Virus record (IMG/VR): IMGVR_UViG_3300044796_000596
Strand: one strand, 5' to 3'
DNA length: 50,839 nt
Origin: an uncultured virus (IMG/VR IMGVR_UViG_3300044796_000596)
Taxonomy: Duplodnaviria; Heunggongvirae; Uroviricota; Caudoviricetes
Part shown: positions 1-9,700 of the stretch, one piece after another
Numbering within the stretch: the stretch's first letter is position 1
Layout: every line of letters starts with the position of its first letter
Notes under the pieces: generated by a model
Database searches by the model: none
Told to the model about the DNA's origin: nothing
The model's input: the letters and a program-made list of their open reading frames with translations, nothing else
Made by a program: the position numbers and the translations under genes

Positions 1-7
1 TCTGATC

Positions 8-460
8 ATGGGCATGTACGACAGCGTGTTCTTCCGCGGCGCGGCCGCCGAGATGGTGAAGTGCGCCGCGGGGCACCCGCAGACGGGCGAGTTCCAGACG
101 AAGGACCTCGAGTGCACCTGCGCGATCTACTACGTGCACGCGACGGACGGCGGGCAAGGGCTCGTGCTCTTCGAGGGCACGGCCCAGACGACGGAGTCGT
201 TCGTCGACAAGTACGCGAGGCTTCAGGAGACCGTCCGTTCGACGTACGCGCCTCGTCTCGTCAACGCGAGCGTCGAGGTCTACACCTCGTGCGAGACATG
301 CGACCCCGTGGTCTTCGAGCGCGAGGCGGCGCACTGGGGTGGCCGCGTGGTCCGCGCGCGGGTCCAGAAGAACGGCATCGTGACGGTGCTCCCGGACGAC
401 GACCGCGTCGCGAAGCGTCACCTCGAGGTCGCGCGCAAGGCGCCTCGCTCGCCTCGCTAG
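8..460 (+). CDS. Hypothetical phage-type protein with Cys motifs
   Basis: ATG start. The MGMYD...C..GH...FQTKDLEC pattern resembles small phage hypothetical proteins (recollection). Second CxxC (CETC). Confidence 0.6.
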   Translation: MGMYDSVFFRGAAAEMVKCAAGHPQTGEFQTKDLECTCAIYYVHATDGGQGLVLFEGTAQTTESFVDKYARLQETVRSTYAPRLVNASVEVYTSCETCDPVVFEREAAHWGGRVVRARVQKNGIVTVLPDDDRVAKRHLEVARKAPRSPR

Positions 461-948
461 TCCCCGCGCACGAACCCTGGGATCTCCCGGACGCTCACGC
501 TCGACGTGATCGAGACGCGGGCGCCATCCCTGCGCCAGCGGAACACGAAGGGGTTTCCGCGCAGCACCACGACGGCGGCCTTCGCCTGCTCGACGGTGGG
601 GTAGTTCGTGATGCAGTCGTAGCGCAGCACATCGGTCGGGGGCGATGACCCGCCGAAATCCACGTCCGCTCTCGAGCGGGCGACGGGGATCGCCCTCCCG
701 TTCGCGCCGAGGCGCCGGAGCTCGAAGCCCCCGACGTAGTCGATCGCGTCCGAGACGCCCGTGCGCGCGCCGGTGTCGAGCGCGATCGTCGACCGGAACG
801 TGATCGTGGTCCCAGCGCGCTTTACGCCGCGGATCTCGGGACGCGTTCGGAGATTGTGTTCGGTCTCCGCGGCCGCGAGGAGGCGTTCCGAGGCGTCCCC
901 AGGCATGGCGGCGGGCGTGAACCGGATCCTGTATTTCTGGCTCGGCAT
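457..948 (-). CDS. Hypothetical protein, probably leaderless
   Basis: 163-aa ORF of normal composition. TAGGAT lies 6 nt upstream of the ATG on the minus strand. Confidence 0.6.
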   Translation of the reverse strand: MPSQKYRIRFTPAAMPGDASERLLAAAETEHNLRTRPEIRGVKRAGTTITFRSTIALDTGARTGVSDAIDYVGGFELRRLGANGRAIPVARSRADVDFGGSSPPTDVLRYDCITNYPTVEQAKAAVVVLRGNPFVFRWRRDGARVSITSSVSVREIPGFVRGD

Positions 949-1037
949 CCCGAGATCCTACAGGATTCCCGGGATCCTTGAGTCGTGTTTCGAGCCGCGA
1001 CCTACCGGATCGCTCCGGGTCGGTGTACGATCCCGGC

Positions 1038-1724
1038 GTGGCCGCACCGAACGTCCAGATCCTCCCCGTCCCCGATGTTGGCGTTGGCGCCGGACCATGG
1101 GCTTCGGGATGGATCCCGGCGACGGTGGCGAGCGTGGGCCGGCTGGGGCTCGCGGTCGCGACGAACCAGGCCGATCTCATCATCCTGCTCGGGAGCGCGA
1201 TCGGGACCGAGCCGATCGACGTCACGAACCCGCTCGAAATCCAGAACCAGCTCGGGACGTTCTACGGCGGCGCGGGCAGCCAAAACGCCGACGTCCAGAA
1301 CATCTCGGGGTGCGCCTACTACGCGTTCGTGCGGTTCGCGCCGCCCCAAGGCACGCAGGACCCGCAGGCCATTCCGCCGACCGTCGGCGCGACCTTCGAG
1401 ATCACGGAAGCCGGCGGTGGCGGTGGATCCGGTACGGATTGGAACGTCCGCGAGGTCACGGCGGGCACGTACACGGCGGTGGACGGAGACTTTTTCGTCT
1501 GCGACACGTCGGCCGGTAACGTCATCATCACGGGGCCCTCCACGAAGGGCGCGTCGTGGGGCGCGTCGAAGGTCAGCGCTCCCGACGTGAACGAGGTCGT
1601 GCTCTCGGTGGCGCTCGGGAACATCAACGGGCTCCCGGAGCAGACGATCGGCCTGCAGTGGGCGAGCTACACGATGCTCGGGTACGGCACCGGCGCGATC
1701 ATCAGCGACGAGAGCAGCCCTTGA
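1038..1724 (+). CDS. Putative structural protein; N-terminal domain paralogous to 3651-4019, plus a C-terminal beta-rich domain
   Basis: Shares TNQAD...LLGSA.GT.PI...QNQLGTFYGGAGSQ..DVQNI..CA.YAF.R with 3651-4019. Start placed at GTG 1038 from alignment to the paralog and TACGAT 6 nt upstream. Confidence 0.7.
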   Translation: MAAPNVQILPVPDVGVGAGPWASGWIPATVASVGRLGLAVATNQADLIILLGSAIGTEPIDVTNPLEIQNQLGTFYGGAGSQNADVQNISGCAYYAFVRFAPPQGTQDPQAIPPTVGATFEITEAGGGGGSGTDWNVREVTAGTYTAVDGDFFVCDTSAGNVIITGPSTKGASWGASKVSAPDVNEVVLSVALGNINGLPEQTIGLQWASYTMLGYGTGAIISDESSP

Positions 1725-1748
1725 GCAGCCCTTGAGCAGCCCTTGAGC
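1712..1748. repeat. 11-bp tandem repeat GAGCAGCCCTT x3 overlapping a stop codon
   Basis: Directly visible. Confidence 0.9.
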
Positions 1749-1790
1749 GTCCGCTCCACACCGGAGAACGGAGAACCGGAGACTCGATCG

Positions 1791-3248
1791 ATGATTAAGC
1801 CTGCCCCGTCCACGTCTCGCGTTCCTCGCGTCCACTATTCGATCCTTGCCGCGCTCCTCCTGCTCGTGCAGGTGGTCGTCTACGGGTTCGCCTGCCGGCC
1901 CGGGACACCCGACACGGCGGGTGGCCTTGACGCGGGCGGGGTCGAAGCGAGCACGTCGAGCGAAGCGAGCGCGTCGAACACGGCGAGCACGTCGTCGCCT
2001 CCGATGCAGCCGAGGATCTCGTCGCCCTCGGGCGCGCTCGCGGTCGGGAACACGGCCGTCAACGGGACCATCGGCGGGCTCTCGGCCGCTGCGAGCGTCG
2101 ACAACTGGACGAATTTCGTGCTGACGCAGTCCTCGTTTGGCGACGGCGGGTACATCCAGGCCACGCTCCCGGCGCCGACCAGTCCGTACGCGGGGCGCAT
2201 GGCGTTTGTGTCCCTCGCGACGGCGAGCACGCAAGCGATCGAGATGTACGGGGCCGTCCTCGACCCAGGGAACGCACTCCTGTTCCAGTGGGATGGCGTG
2301 GAGTGGACCTCCGGCCCGCAAGGACCGCAAGGACCGCAAGGACCGCAAGGCGACGCTGGAGCGACGGGTCCGGCGGGACTGCAGGGCGACGCGGGCTTCA
2401 GCGCCTTCACGACGACCACGGCGACCTTCACGCAGCCGGCAGTGCTCTCGAACGTCACCGTCAGCGTCATGGACACCGCGGCGTTCGCCGCGAACGAGAT
2501 CCTCTACGTCGCGGGCGGCGGCTACTACGACGTCAACGCGATCGGCAGCGGGACGCTTACCCTCACGAACCTCGGCTACTCAGGGAACGCCAGCCCGACC
2601 TCGACGGTCACATCCCCCGCGCTCGTCACGCCGGGAGGGCTCCAGGGTCCACAAGGAGCCACGCCCGATGCTGGTAGCGGAGGGTCGACGCTGCCTGTGC
2701 TCGATGTCCCTCGCATGGCCGTGCGGTTGAATATCGGGGGTCGTGTTTCCTCCGGCTGCCCCGCGTCGTCGGGGTCACTGTACCAGTACAGCGCCGTACT
2801 TTCGTTCAATCGAATTGCGGCGGCGTGGCTCAACAACACGAGCTTCGCCGAGAATATCATCCTCAGCGTGTGGGATGACGCGTTCCCGTCCAACCCTGCA
2901 CTTCAGAGCGTGACGGTCAGCGTCCCTTCGAGCGGGGTTGGTCAGTTGGTTGTCGGCACCATCCCAACGATCACAACCACAGTCGGTCAGCGCCTCTACT
3001 GGACAGCCTACGATAACTCAAACGCGATCTGCTACGACATCTCCGCAGCGGGCCAAGTGATTTCCGGTGCGGCTCTCTCGAACCGCAACGGCTACAGTTG
3101 GACGGTTACCAATCTCGCAACCGCGAATGGCGAGTTTCTGTTTGCAGGGAACTACTACGGTCCGCAAAACTCGAACCACTTCCCTAACTCCACGCCCGAC
3201 CCGAGCAATATGTGGCCGGTGCGCGGCGTGCAAGTTGGCGAGCCGTAA
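1791..3248 (+). CDS. Membrane-anchored collagen-repeat fibre/spike-like protein
   Basis: N-terminal hydrophobic segment (ILAALLLLVQVVVYGFAC), GPQGPQGPQGPQGD collagen triplets, and Thr/Ser/Gly beta-rich domains. The distal domain is visibly lower in GC. Confidence 0.7.
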   Translation: MIKPAPSTSRVPRVHYSILAALLLLVQVVVYGFACRPGTPDTAGGLDAGGVEASTSSEASASNTASTSSPPMQPRISSPSGALAVGNTAVNGTIGGLSAAASVDNWTNFVLTQSSFGDGGYIQATLPAPTSPYAGRMAFVSLATASTQAIEMYGAVLDPGNALLFQWDGVEWTSGPQGPQGPQGPQGDAGATGPAGLQGDAGFSAFTTTTATFTQPAVLSNVTVSVMDTAAFAANEILYVAGGGYYDVNAIGSGTLTLTNLGYSGNASPTSTVTSPALVTPGGLQGPQGATPDAGSGGSTLPVLDVPRMAVRLNIGGRVSSGCPASSGSLYQYSAVLSFNRIAAAWLNNTSFAENIILSVWDDAFPSNPALQSVTVSVPSSGVGQLVVGTIPTITTTVGQRLYWTAYDNSNAICYDISAAGQVISGAALSNRNGYSWTVTNLATANGEFLFAGNYYGPQNSNHFPNSTPDPSNMWPVRGVQVGEP

Positions 3249-3280
3249 AGCCGTGCCTGCCGTGCCTGGCGCCCTGGCGC

Positions 3281-3652
3281 CTAGCGAGGATCGCGGGGCG
3301 GAGGCAGCTCGGCGAGCTTTGCCGGCCTTGCGGTGCGTCCGAGCATCGCGTCGATCTTGTTGACGAGGACCTCGCCAAGACGTTCAAAGAACGGGCTCGC
3401 GCGCTTCGCGGTCTGCTCTGCGTCGCGGAGGGCGCGCTCGTGCTCCTCTCGCAGGCGGGCCCGCGTGGGGGTGTCGCCACCAGGGCGTGCAGGTCGGCGA
3501 GCACCACGGCGAGCACCACGGCGAGCACCACGGCGAGCACCACGGCGAGCACCACGGCGAGCACCTCGGCGAGCACCACGGCGAGCACCACGGCGAGCAC
3601 CTCGGCGAGCACCTCGGCGAGCACCACGCGCTTGTGGTACGATTCCCCCCAT
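3281..3652 (-). CDS. Possible small protein with GARR repeats
   Basis: The C-terminal half (EEHERALRDAEQ...LGEVLVNKIDAMLGR) looks protein-like. The ATG overlaps the divergent ATG at 3651, so the start is doubtful. Confidence 0.25.
   Translation of the reverse strand: MGGIVPQARGARRGARRGARRGARRGARRGARRGARRGARRGARRGARRGARRPARPGGDTPTRARLREEHERALRDAEQTAKRASPFFERLGEVLVNKIDAMLGRTARPAKLAELPPPRDPR
3495..3628. repeat. 12-bp VNTR CGGCGAGCACCA/CGGCGAGCACCT, ~11 units
   Basis: Contiguous units with no spacers. Confidence 0.9.
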
Positions 3653-4019
3653 GCCGATCTTGCCGCAGATCCTGATCGTGCCGGACGTCGCCGGGCCCCC
3701 CGCGCCGTACTACCCGTCGCTGACGTGGACCGCCGCCACGCTGAGCAAACTCACGCGGCTCGGGTTTGGCGTCAACACGAACCAGGCGGACATCGCCGTG
3801 CTGCTCGGGAGCGCGACGGGGACCGATCCGATCACGCCCGACAACCAGAACCAGCTCGGGACGTTCTACGGCGGCGCGGGCAGCCAGACCCCCGACGTCC
3901 AGAACATCAGGGCGTGCGCCTTCTACGCGTTCATCCGCTACCCGCCCCCCGCGGGCACGCAGGATCCGCCGGCCATCCTGCCGACCGTGAGCGCCCCCTT
4001 CGAGATGCAGGGGACCTGA
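3651..4019 (+). CDS. Short paralog of 1038-1724 (shared domain only)
   Basis: Near-identical motif blocks with 1038-1724. TACGAT lies 7 nt upstream of the ATG. Confidence 0.75.
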   Translation: MPILPQILIVPDVAGPPAPYYPSLTWTAATLSKLTRLGFGVNTNQADIAVLLGSATGTDPITPDNQNQLGTFYGGAGSQTPDVQNIRACAFYAFIRYPPPAGTQDPPAILPTVSAPFEMQGT

Positions 4020-4037
4020 CTCGAGCGGGCAAAGGCC

Positions 4038-4346
4038 ATGTCCACGGATCTCCTCCCCACGAAGACCGAGCTGCTCGACATCCTCGGGACGACGAGCATC
4101 GCGCTGGACTTCCTTGTGCCGCAGACGAAGTTCGACACGGAGCAGTGGTGGCTCTCGCCGCTCCTCGTCATGGCGTTCGGCTGGTCGCTCTGGAGACGGA
4201 AGAGCTTCTGGGGCCCGGTCGTGGTGGCCTTCGGCGTGTTCATGTTCTGGAATGGCTACACCGAGTGGAAGAAGCGCCAGGAGGTCACAAGGTCGCTCGC
4301 TGCGCGGATGGACGCGGGCGACGCGTGGGTGCTCCCGCCGCCGTAG
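4038..4346 (+). CDS. Small two-TM membrane protein
   Basis: Two hydrophobic Trp-rich helices (WWLSPLLVMAFGWSLW; FWGPVVVAFGVFMFW), similar to the WWLKPLLVLAVGWWAW segment of 21474-21980. Confidence 0.75.
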   Translation: MSTDLLPTKTELLDILGTTSIALDFLVPQTKFDTEQWWLSPLLVMAFGWSLWRRKSFWGPVVVAFGVFMFWNGYTEWKKRQEVTRSLAARMDAGDAWVLPPP

Positions 4347-4461
4347 AGGAATCGCAGAGGAATCGCAGAGGAATCTCTGAATCTATGGGGTGGGGATCGC
4401 TTCACGCCCCGCGGCCGGCTTGTCCCGACCCTCGACATCCGATCGTCCGATCCTCCGAGCG

Positions 4462-6357
4462 CTACCGCTTCAGCGACCTTCGGATCGGTTCCGCGTCGGC
4501 GACGGGCGTGGTGGTTCCGCGCACCGCGTGCTCTTTGCTGCACGCGTACCACTTGTAGTGGGTCTTCTCGTTCTCGGCGACGTAGAGCGCGGGACGACCG
4601 CAGAAGGGACCGTCCTCGCCGCCGTCGCAGAGCGGCATCCGCTCCCCCTTCATGACCGCCTCGACCTCGTCAAGCCAGTCCTGGATGTACTCGGCGGGGC
4701 AGCCGAGAAAATTGAGACGAGCTCGGTACGCCGCCCGTTGCGACGACCTCCAGCGCGCCGCGCGCGCGCAGAATTCGTCGCTGAAGTCTGGCTCGGGCGT
4801 CGTCGGCGTGAACTCCCCAAGGCTCGCGATTGGCGCGTGCGTGGGCACGACGACGCGAGGCGCCTCGGGCGCGGGAGCGGGAGCGGGCTGCGCGGCAGGA
4901 GGCGCGGAAGCCTCAGGAGGAGGCGCGGCGGGGGCTGCCACGGGCGTAGCGCGCGCAGCGGTCACGGGCGCCCGTGCGGGTGCGGGGGCAGGCGCCGCTG
5001 CCGGCGTCGGTGCTTCAGGCGCTGCCGTGTGCGGGATGCGCAGCTTGCCGGGACGCTTTTTCTCCTCTGGATGCCGCGCTTGCCATGCTTCGCAGGGGGG
5101 CCACCGGCACTTCGTGTAGCGCACGAAATACTCGCCTTCGTCGCTGCGTTCGGCGAAGACGGTCGCGTCGTTTCCGCGCTCGATGTCGCCGGAGCCCGCG
5201 GACTCACCCTCCTTGTTCGTGCCGTTGATCACGATCTTGAGCCAGGCCGGGTGCCGGCGCAGGCGCGTCATGATCTCCATCTGCTTCGTGTAGGACTTTG
5301 GACCCCATCGCTCAAGGCTGTCGATCACGATGATGCGCGCCGTGAGCGGGACCCGCGCGATCGCGCGATCGAAGGTCCACGGGTCCTCGATGGACGGGGG
5401 GAGGAGCTTCACGCGATCCTCGAAGAGGTCCATATCGACGCCGGCGGTCTCGAAGACGGTGCGCACGAGCGCGGTGTCGCCCTGGTCGCTGTCGAGCCAG
5501 TAGATCCGGCAGTCGCGCTGTCGCTCGCCACGATGTCGTCGGGGACTCGACCAGTGGATCGACGCTCCCATGGCAAGGTTCGCGGAGCTCGTGCTCTTGC
5601 CGTGCCCGGCGGGGCCTAGCACGAGCAGCAGCGCGTTGCGCTTGATGCCGCCGAGCAGCTCGTTGATGTGCGCACCGAGGAAGTCGTCGCGGATCGACGT
5701 CGCGGCCTGCGCGCCGCTCATGAATCCGTCTGCGTCCGTCTCGATCACGGCATCGAGAGGCATCTGTTGGTACGCGCCGCTCGGACGCACCGCCGGTGCC
5801 GGGGCTGGTGCCGCGGGGTACTCCCTGTGCTCCTCGTCGTCCTCCTCGCGCACCGTGACGGACGCCTGCCCCGGGAGCGTTGTGGCACCCGGCGCGGTGC
5901 CCACCTGCGCGGCGCTCCCTTGCGCGGCGCTCCCTCGCGCGGCGCTCATTTGCGCGGCGCCTACCTGCGTCGTGACGGTCGTGACGGGCGGCGGCGGGGG
6001 CGTAGCGTTCGCGTTCGCGTTCGCGTTCGCGTTCGCGTTCGCGTTCGCGTTCGCGTTGGGTGGGGGAGTCGCAGAAGCCGTTCCGGGGGGGTGCCTTGGA
6101 TCGGGACCCTGGCCGCGCGGGCGGTCACGTCGTGCGTCACGTTCGGCCCGCTGCGCGCGCGCAACACGTTCGGCACGCTCCGCGCGCACAGCCGCATCGG
6201 CAGCCGCTTCGATCTCGCGCCGCGTGAGCGGTCGCGCGATCCAGTTGTCCTCGCCATTACACGGGCAGAACCCACCGTACGCCGGATCTTCGTCCACCTC
6301 GCAGATGGCACAGCGGCGCTTGGTCGGAGGCTTGATCGGAACCGAGAGCGCGCTCAC
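4462..6357 (-). CDS. RadA/Sms-like RecA-fold ATPase with Zn-finger-like ends and low-complexity linkers
   Basis: Walker A GPAGHGKST and Walker B IIVIDS. NGTNKEGESAGSGDIE resembles RadA GHVTKEGxIAGP. N-terminal CxxC...CPC...W. No Lon-like domain seen. Confidence 0.7.
   Translation of the reverse strand: MSALSVPIKPPTKRRCAICEVDEDPAYGGFCPCNGEDNWIARPLTRREIEAAADAAVRAERAERVARAQRAERDARRDRPRGQGPDPRHPPGTASATPPPNANANANANANANANANATPPPPPVTTVTTQVGAAQMSAARGSAAQGSAAQVGTAPGATTLPGQASVTVREEDDEEHREYPAAPAPAPAVRPSGAYQQMPLDAVIETDADGFMSGAQAATSIRDDFLGAHINELLGGIKRNALLLVLGPAGHGKSTSSANLAMGASIHWSSPRRHRGERQRDCRIYWLDSDQGDTALVRTVFETAGVDMDLFEDRVKLLPPSIEDPWTFDRAIARVPLTARIIVIDSLERWGPKSYTKQMEIMTRLRRHPAWLKIVINGTNKEGESAGSGDIERGNDATVFAERSDEGEYFVRYTKCRWPPCEAWQARHPEEKKRPGKLRIPHTAAPEAPTPAAAPAPAPARAPVTAARATPVAAPAAPPPEASAPPAAQPAPAPAPEAPRVVVPTHAPIASLGEFTPTTPEPDFSDEFCARAARWRSSQRAAYRARLNFLGCPAEYIQDWLDEVEAVMKGERMPLCDGGEDGPFCGRPALYVAENEKTHYKWYACSKEHAVRGTTTPVADAEPIRRSLKR
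6005..6057. repeat. Hexamer microsatellite (GCGTTC)n encoding a poly-NA linker
   Basis: Directly visible inside the ATPase gene. Confidence 0.9.
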
Positions 6358-6638
6358 GCCGACGATTTCGCTCCGGAGGGCCCCGCGGATCCCGATGGAT
6401 CGTCGGCTGCGCTCGCGGCCACCACGGAGATTCCTCCGGAGATTCCCCCGGAGATTCCCGGCGTTTGTCCGGAAGGATCACTTGGGTCATGCTCAAACCC
6501 GAGGGCCCTCATCGCGCGCTGGATCTTGATTCCGGTCATCCCGCGGAGCGTATCCTTGTCGAGATATTTCCAGACGGACCGCGGGTCGACGCCCGCCGTC
6601 GCGGCCACCAGGAAGACTTCTTGTCGCTTCAGTCGCAT
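6354..6638 (-). CDS. Small LacI-like HTH DNA-binding protein
   Basis: VAATAGVDPRSVWKYL...KIQRAMRALGF matches the LacI-type HTH pattern. Its stop overlaps the ATPase GTG start. Confidence 0.65.
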   Translation of the reverse strand: MRLKRQEVFLVAATAGVDPRSVWKYLDKDTLRGMTGIKIQRAMRALGFEHDPSDPSGQTPGISGGISGGISVVAASAADDPSGSAGPSGAKSSA

Positions 6639-6668
6639 CGTGGCCTCGCCCAGCTCCTCGGAAATGTA

Positions 6669-6723
6669 TACACCATGCGCTCCTGATGCGTACACCATGC
6701 GCGCATCATGCACTCCTGGTGCG
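6669..6723. promoter_or_regulatory. Candidate operator array in the divergent intergenic region
   Basis: TACACCATGCGC occurs at 6669 and 6691. CATGCG-like hexamers at 6674, 6685, 6696, 6707 and 6718 (11-bp period). Palindrome ATGCGCGCAT at 6697-6706. Confidence 0.5.
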
Positions 6724-6787
6724 CTCATCTCAAGCATGGGCCGTGCCGCACCTTGATCCACAGGTCCGAGCAGTAGACCATTGGAGC

Positions 6788-9700
6788 ATGGCGAAGATCC
6801 AAAATCCGGCACTGCTCCTCGATGAGCAGCCCCTTGCCGGACTCGCAGGCGACACGGCCGCACCGGCGGCGCAGGCACGCGGAGCACACGGATCCGGCGG
6901 TGTACCGCCCGAGAACGCGCCGCTCGGTCTTGGCGCGTCCGGCGCGGTCGGCGCGACCGGAGTCGGAGCGTCCGGTGCGTCCGGAGCGTCCGGAGCGGGG
7001 GCGCGCGCTGCGCCGATCGGGATCGGAAATGCCTCGTCGCGTCCGGAGAAGCCCGCGGATCCCGGGACCGCTCGAGGGAATGGCAAGAGTGGCGCGAGGT
7101 CGCCGACGCCGGGAGGATCGCCGCCGCGAACGTACGCCGCGCAGGAGCCCCGCTCGCCCGCACCGGGCGTCCCCGTGGGCGTCCGGCCCGCGAGCGCCGC
7201 CGTCGCCGCCCTCGTGCACGGCGTGACGGATCACATGTCGCGGGAGGGCGAGGACGGTCGCCTTCGCGACACGTGGCGCGGGGATCCGCATCGCTACGCC
7301 GGCGACATGATGCTGCACGCGCACGACCGCGCGCGCTACGAGAAGCTCAAGGAGCGCAACATGCTCCCGAGCCAGCGCTGGGGAATGCTCCAGGAGCGCG
7401 GCCAGCTCGAGGAGCGCCTCCGTGGGATCCACGAGCGCGACGGCGATCGGTTGATGGATCGCCACTGGCGCCGTCCGCTCGGCGAGCGCGTCGTGCTCGG
7501 ACTTGGCGCGGTCACGGACCACGAGCAGGAGATCGAGCGTGCGATGGACGGGATCCGGCACCGGCCGTGGTACCCCGCGCGCACCGGCTTCCGGCAGCTC
7601 GTCGCGGGGATGCGCGCGCCCCAGATCGCCCGCGTCGCGAGCGCCTTCCGCGAGGGTCCGGAGCACGCGGTCGACGTGTACCGGAGCGTGTGGGCCGAGC
7701 GCCAAGGAGAGCGGCGCGCCGCGCGTCGCGGCTGGTTCGGACAGCTCCAGCGCGCGTGGTCCACGCAGTCGCCGGAGATCCTCGTCGTCTTCGAGCGCCT
7801 CACGCGTGGCTGGTCGCCGACGCAGCGAGACATGCTCCGCCGCGCGTTCCAGGAGAACGCCAGGACCGCCGAGGTGTACGCCGAGATCGAGGCCGAGAAC
7901 GAGGGCGCGCAGGCCGCCGCCGCGCAGGCCGCGTCCGCGCGGTACGTGACCGAATGGGACACCCTCCGCGAGCCGAGCTACCAGACGCCCCTCCAGGAGC
8001 CGGGCGTGCTCCCGACCGCGCCAGGCGCAGGCGTCTCCCCCGCGGCATCCGCGGCGTCCAACGCGCCGCCGTGGGAAGAGCTCGACATGGGCCCCCTGAA
8101 CCTCGGGGCTCCAGAGGATCAGCGGTCGAGTGACGAGGACGACGAGCACTCGGACGAGGACGCCGACGCGGGCGACGCCGCGCCCGACGCGCAAGCGACG
8201 CAAGCGACAGCGACGCAAGCGCAAGCGACGCAAGCGACGCTCAACGGCAAGCCGATCAACGGCAAGTCGATCAACGGCAAGTCGATCAACGGCAAGTCGA
8301 TCGGTCTCCCCCCGCCCCCGATGGGGCTCCCGCCCGTGAACGCGGCGACCGCGCCTTCGAACGCGGCGCCCGCGCCTTCGAGCGCGGCGCCCGTCGCGGT
8401 GCCCGCGTCGAACGCGCCCCTCGGCCTCGGCGCGAAGGCACCCGTCCAGGCGTCCGTCAAGGCGTCCGTCCAGGCGCCCGTCACGCCCGCGAAGCCCGCG
8501 GCGAAGCTGCCTTCGGCCGTGCCCGCTCCCGCGGTCGCTCCCGGCCCCGTGCCGGCCAAGGTCTTCGCGGGGCCGCCCAAGCCCGGCGTGAAGGTCGCCG
8601 GCGACGGTCACCCGCACTTCGACGGCCTCAGCCGAGGTCTCGGCAAGGATCGCTTCCGCGCGCTCGGCGAGCGCTGGGGCCAGCGGCCTTGGGAGCTCTA
8701 CCGGGATCTGATGAAGTCGTCCCTCGACGAAGTCCAGAGCGATCGCGAGGGTGAGTTCATCTCGATCGCGCGCGGCATCGGATGCGATCCGATGGGCGCG
8801 TGCGTCGTCGACGGCAACGTCTGCGACATGTTCAACGCGCTCCTCGTCGACTACACGCCGGAGCAGCGGTACCGCGTCTGCGCGGCGCTCTCGAACGGCA
8901 CCGAGGCGCCGCTCGCGGTCTTCCGTGCCTGCGAGGCCGAGAACGCGAACGAGCACATGCAGTGGTCCGAGCCTGCGTTCCAGGCGTACGAGGGCGAGCG
9001 TGGGCGCGTCGGGGGCATGAACCCGGTGCACTTCTGGCGCGCGGCCCACGCCATCCGGCCGAGCGACGACACGAACGAGTTCAGCGATCTCGGTCAGACC
9101 CTTCACGCCATCGCAGGCGGAGGCCCTGGACCGAGCGCGCCGCCGCCGGCCGCGCCGCCGGCCGCGCCGTACGTCGGCCAGGCGCTCCAGCATCTGCGCG
9201 GGGCGCAAGAGCCGCAGGGTCCGCAGCATGGTCCGCAGCAGGGTCCGCAAGGCCCGCAGCAAGGCCCGGAGGCGGATGCGGAGGCGGCGGCTCCTCGGTC
9301 GGCGGCTCCGCCCGCGGATCCGATTGCGCAGGTCGCGCAGGCGGCGATGGGCACCCTGAAGTGGGCCACGCCGTGGGACGTGGCCTACAACAAGGACGCC
9401 CTCGCGGTGCTCCAGAATCTGCGGCAGGTGATCGCTCCTTGGGGGGCGTACGTGGCGCCTGACTTCGCCGCTCGACTCGTCGGTGGTCTCGCGTCGTTCG
9501 GTCTCGCCGACCTCGCGCGCCGGGCGCCGCAGGATCTCCTGAAGCTTCTCCTCCGCGACCCTCCCAGTGCCGACATGAATCCGGAGCTTGCGTGGCCCGC
9601 GCTCACGACGGGTCAGGGGTTCTCGGGCGCCGCAGAGAAGACGCTCTCGGACGCGATCCAGAGCGCGCCGCCCGGCACGGCGGCGCCGATCCTCGCGCTC

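Noticed and set aside
3495..3628. 12-bp repeat array as a CRISPR
   Set aside because: Contiguous short units, no spacers and no cas genes.
4462..6357. ATPase as an A32/FtsK packaging motor or terminase
   Set aside because: The motifs fit the RecA/RadA type; no nuclease domain or FtsK-type signature was recognised.
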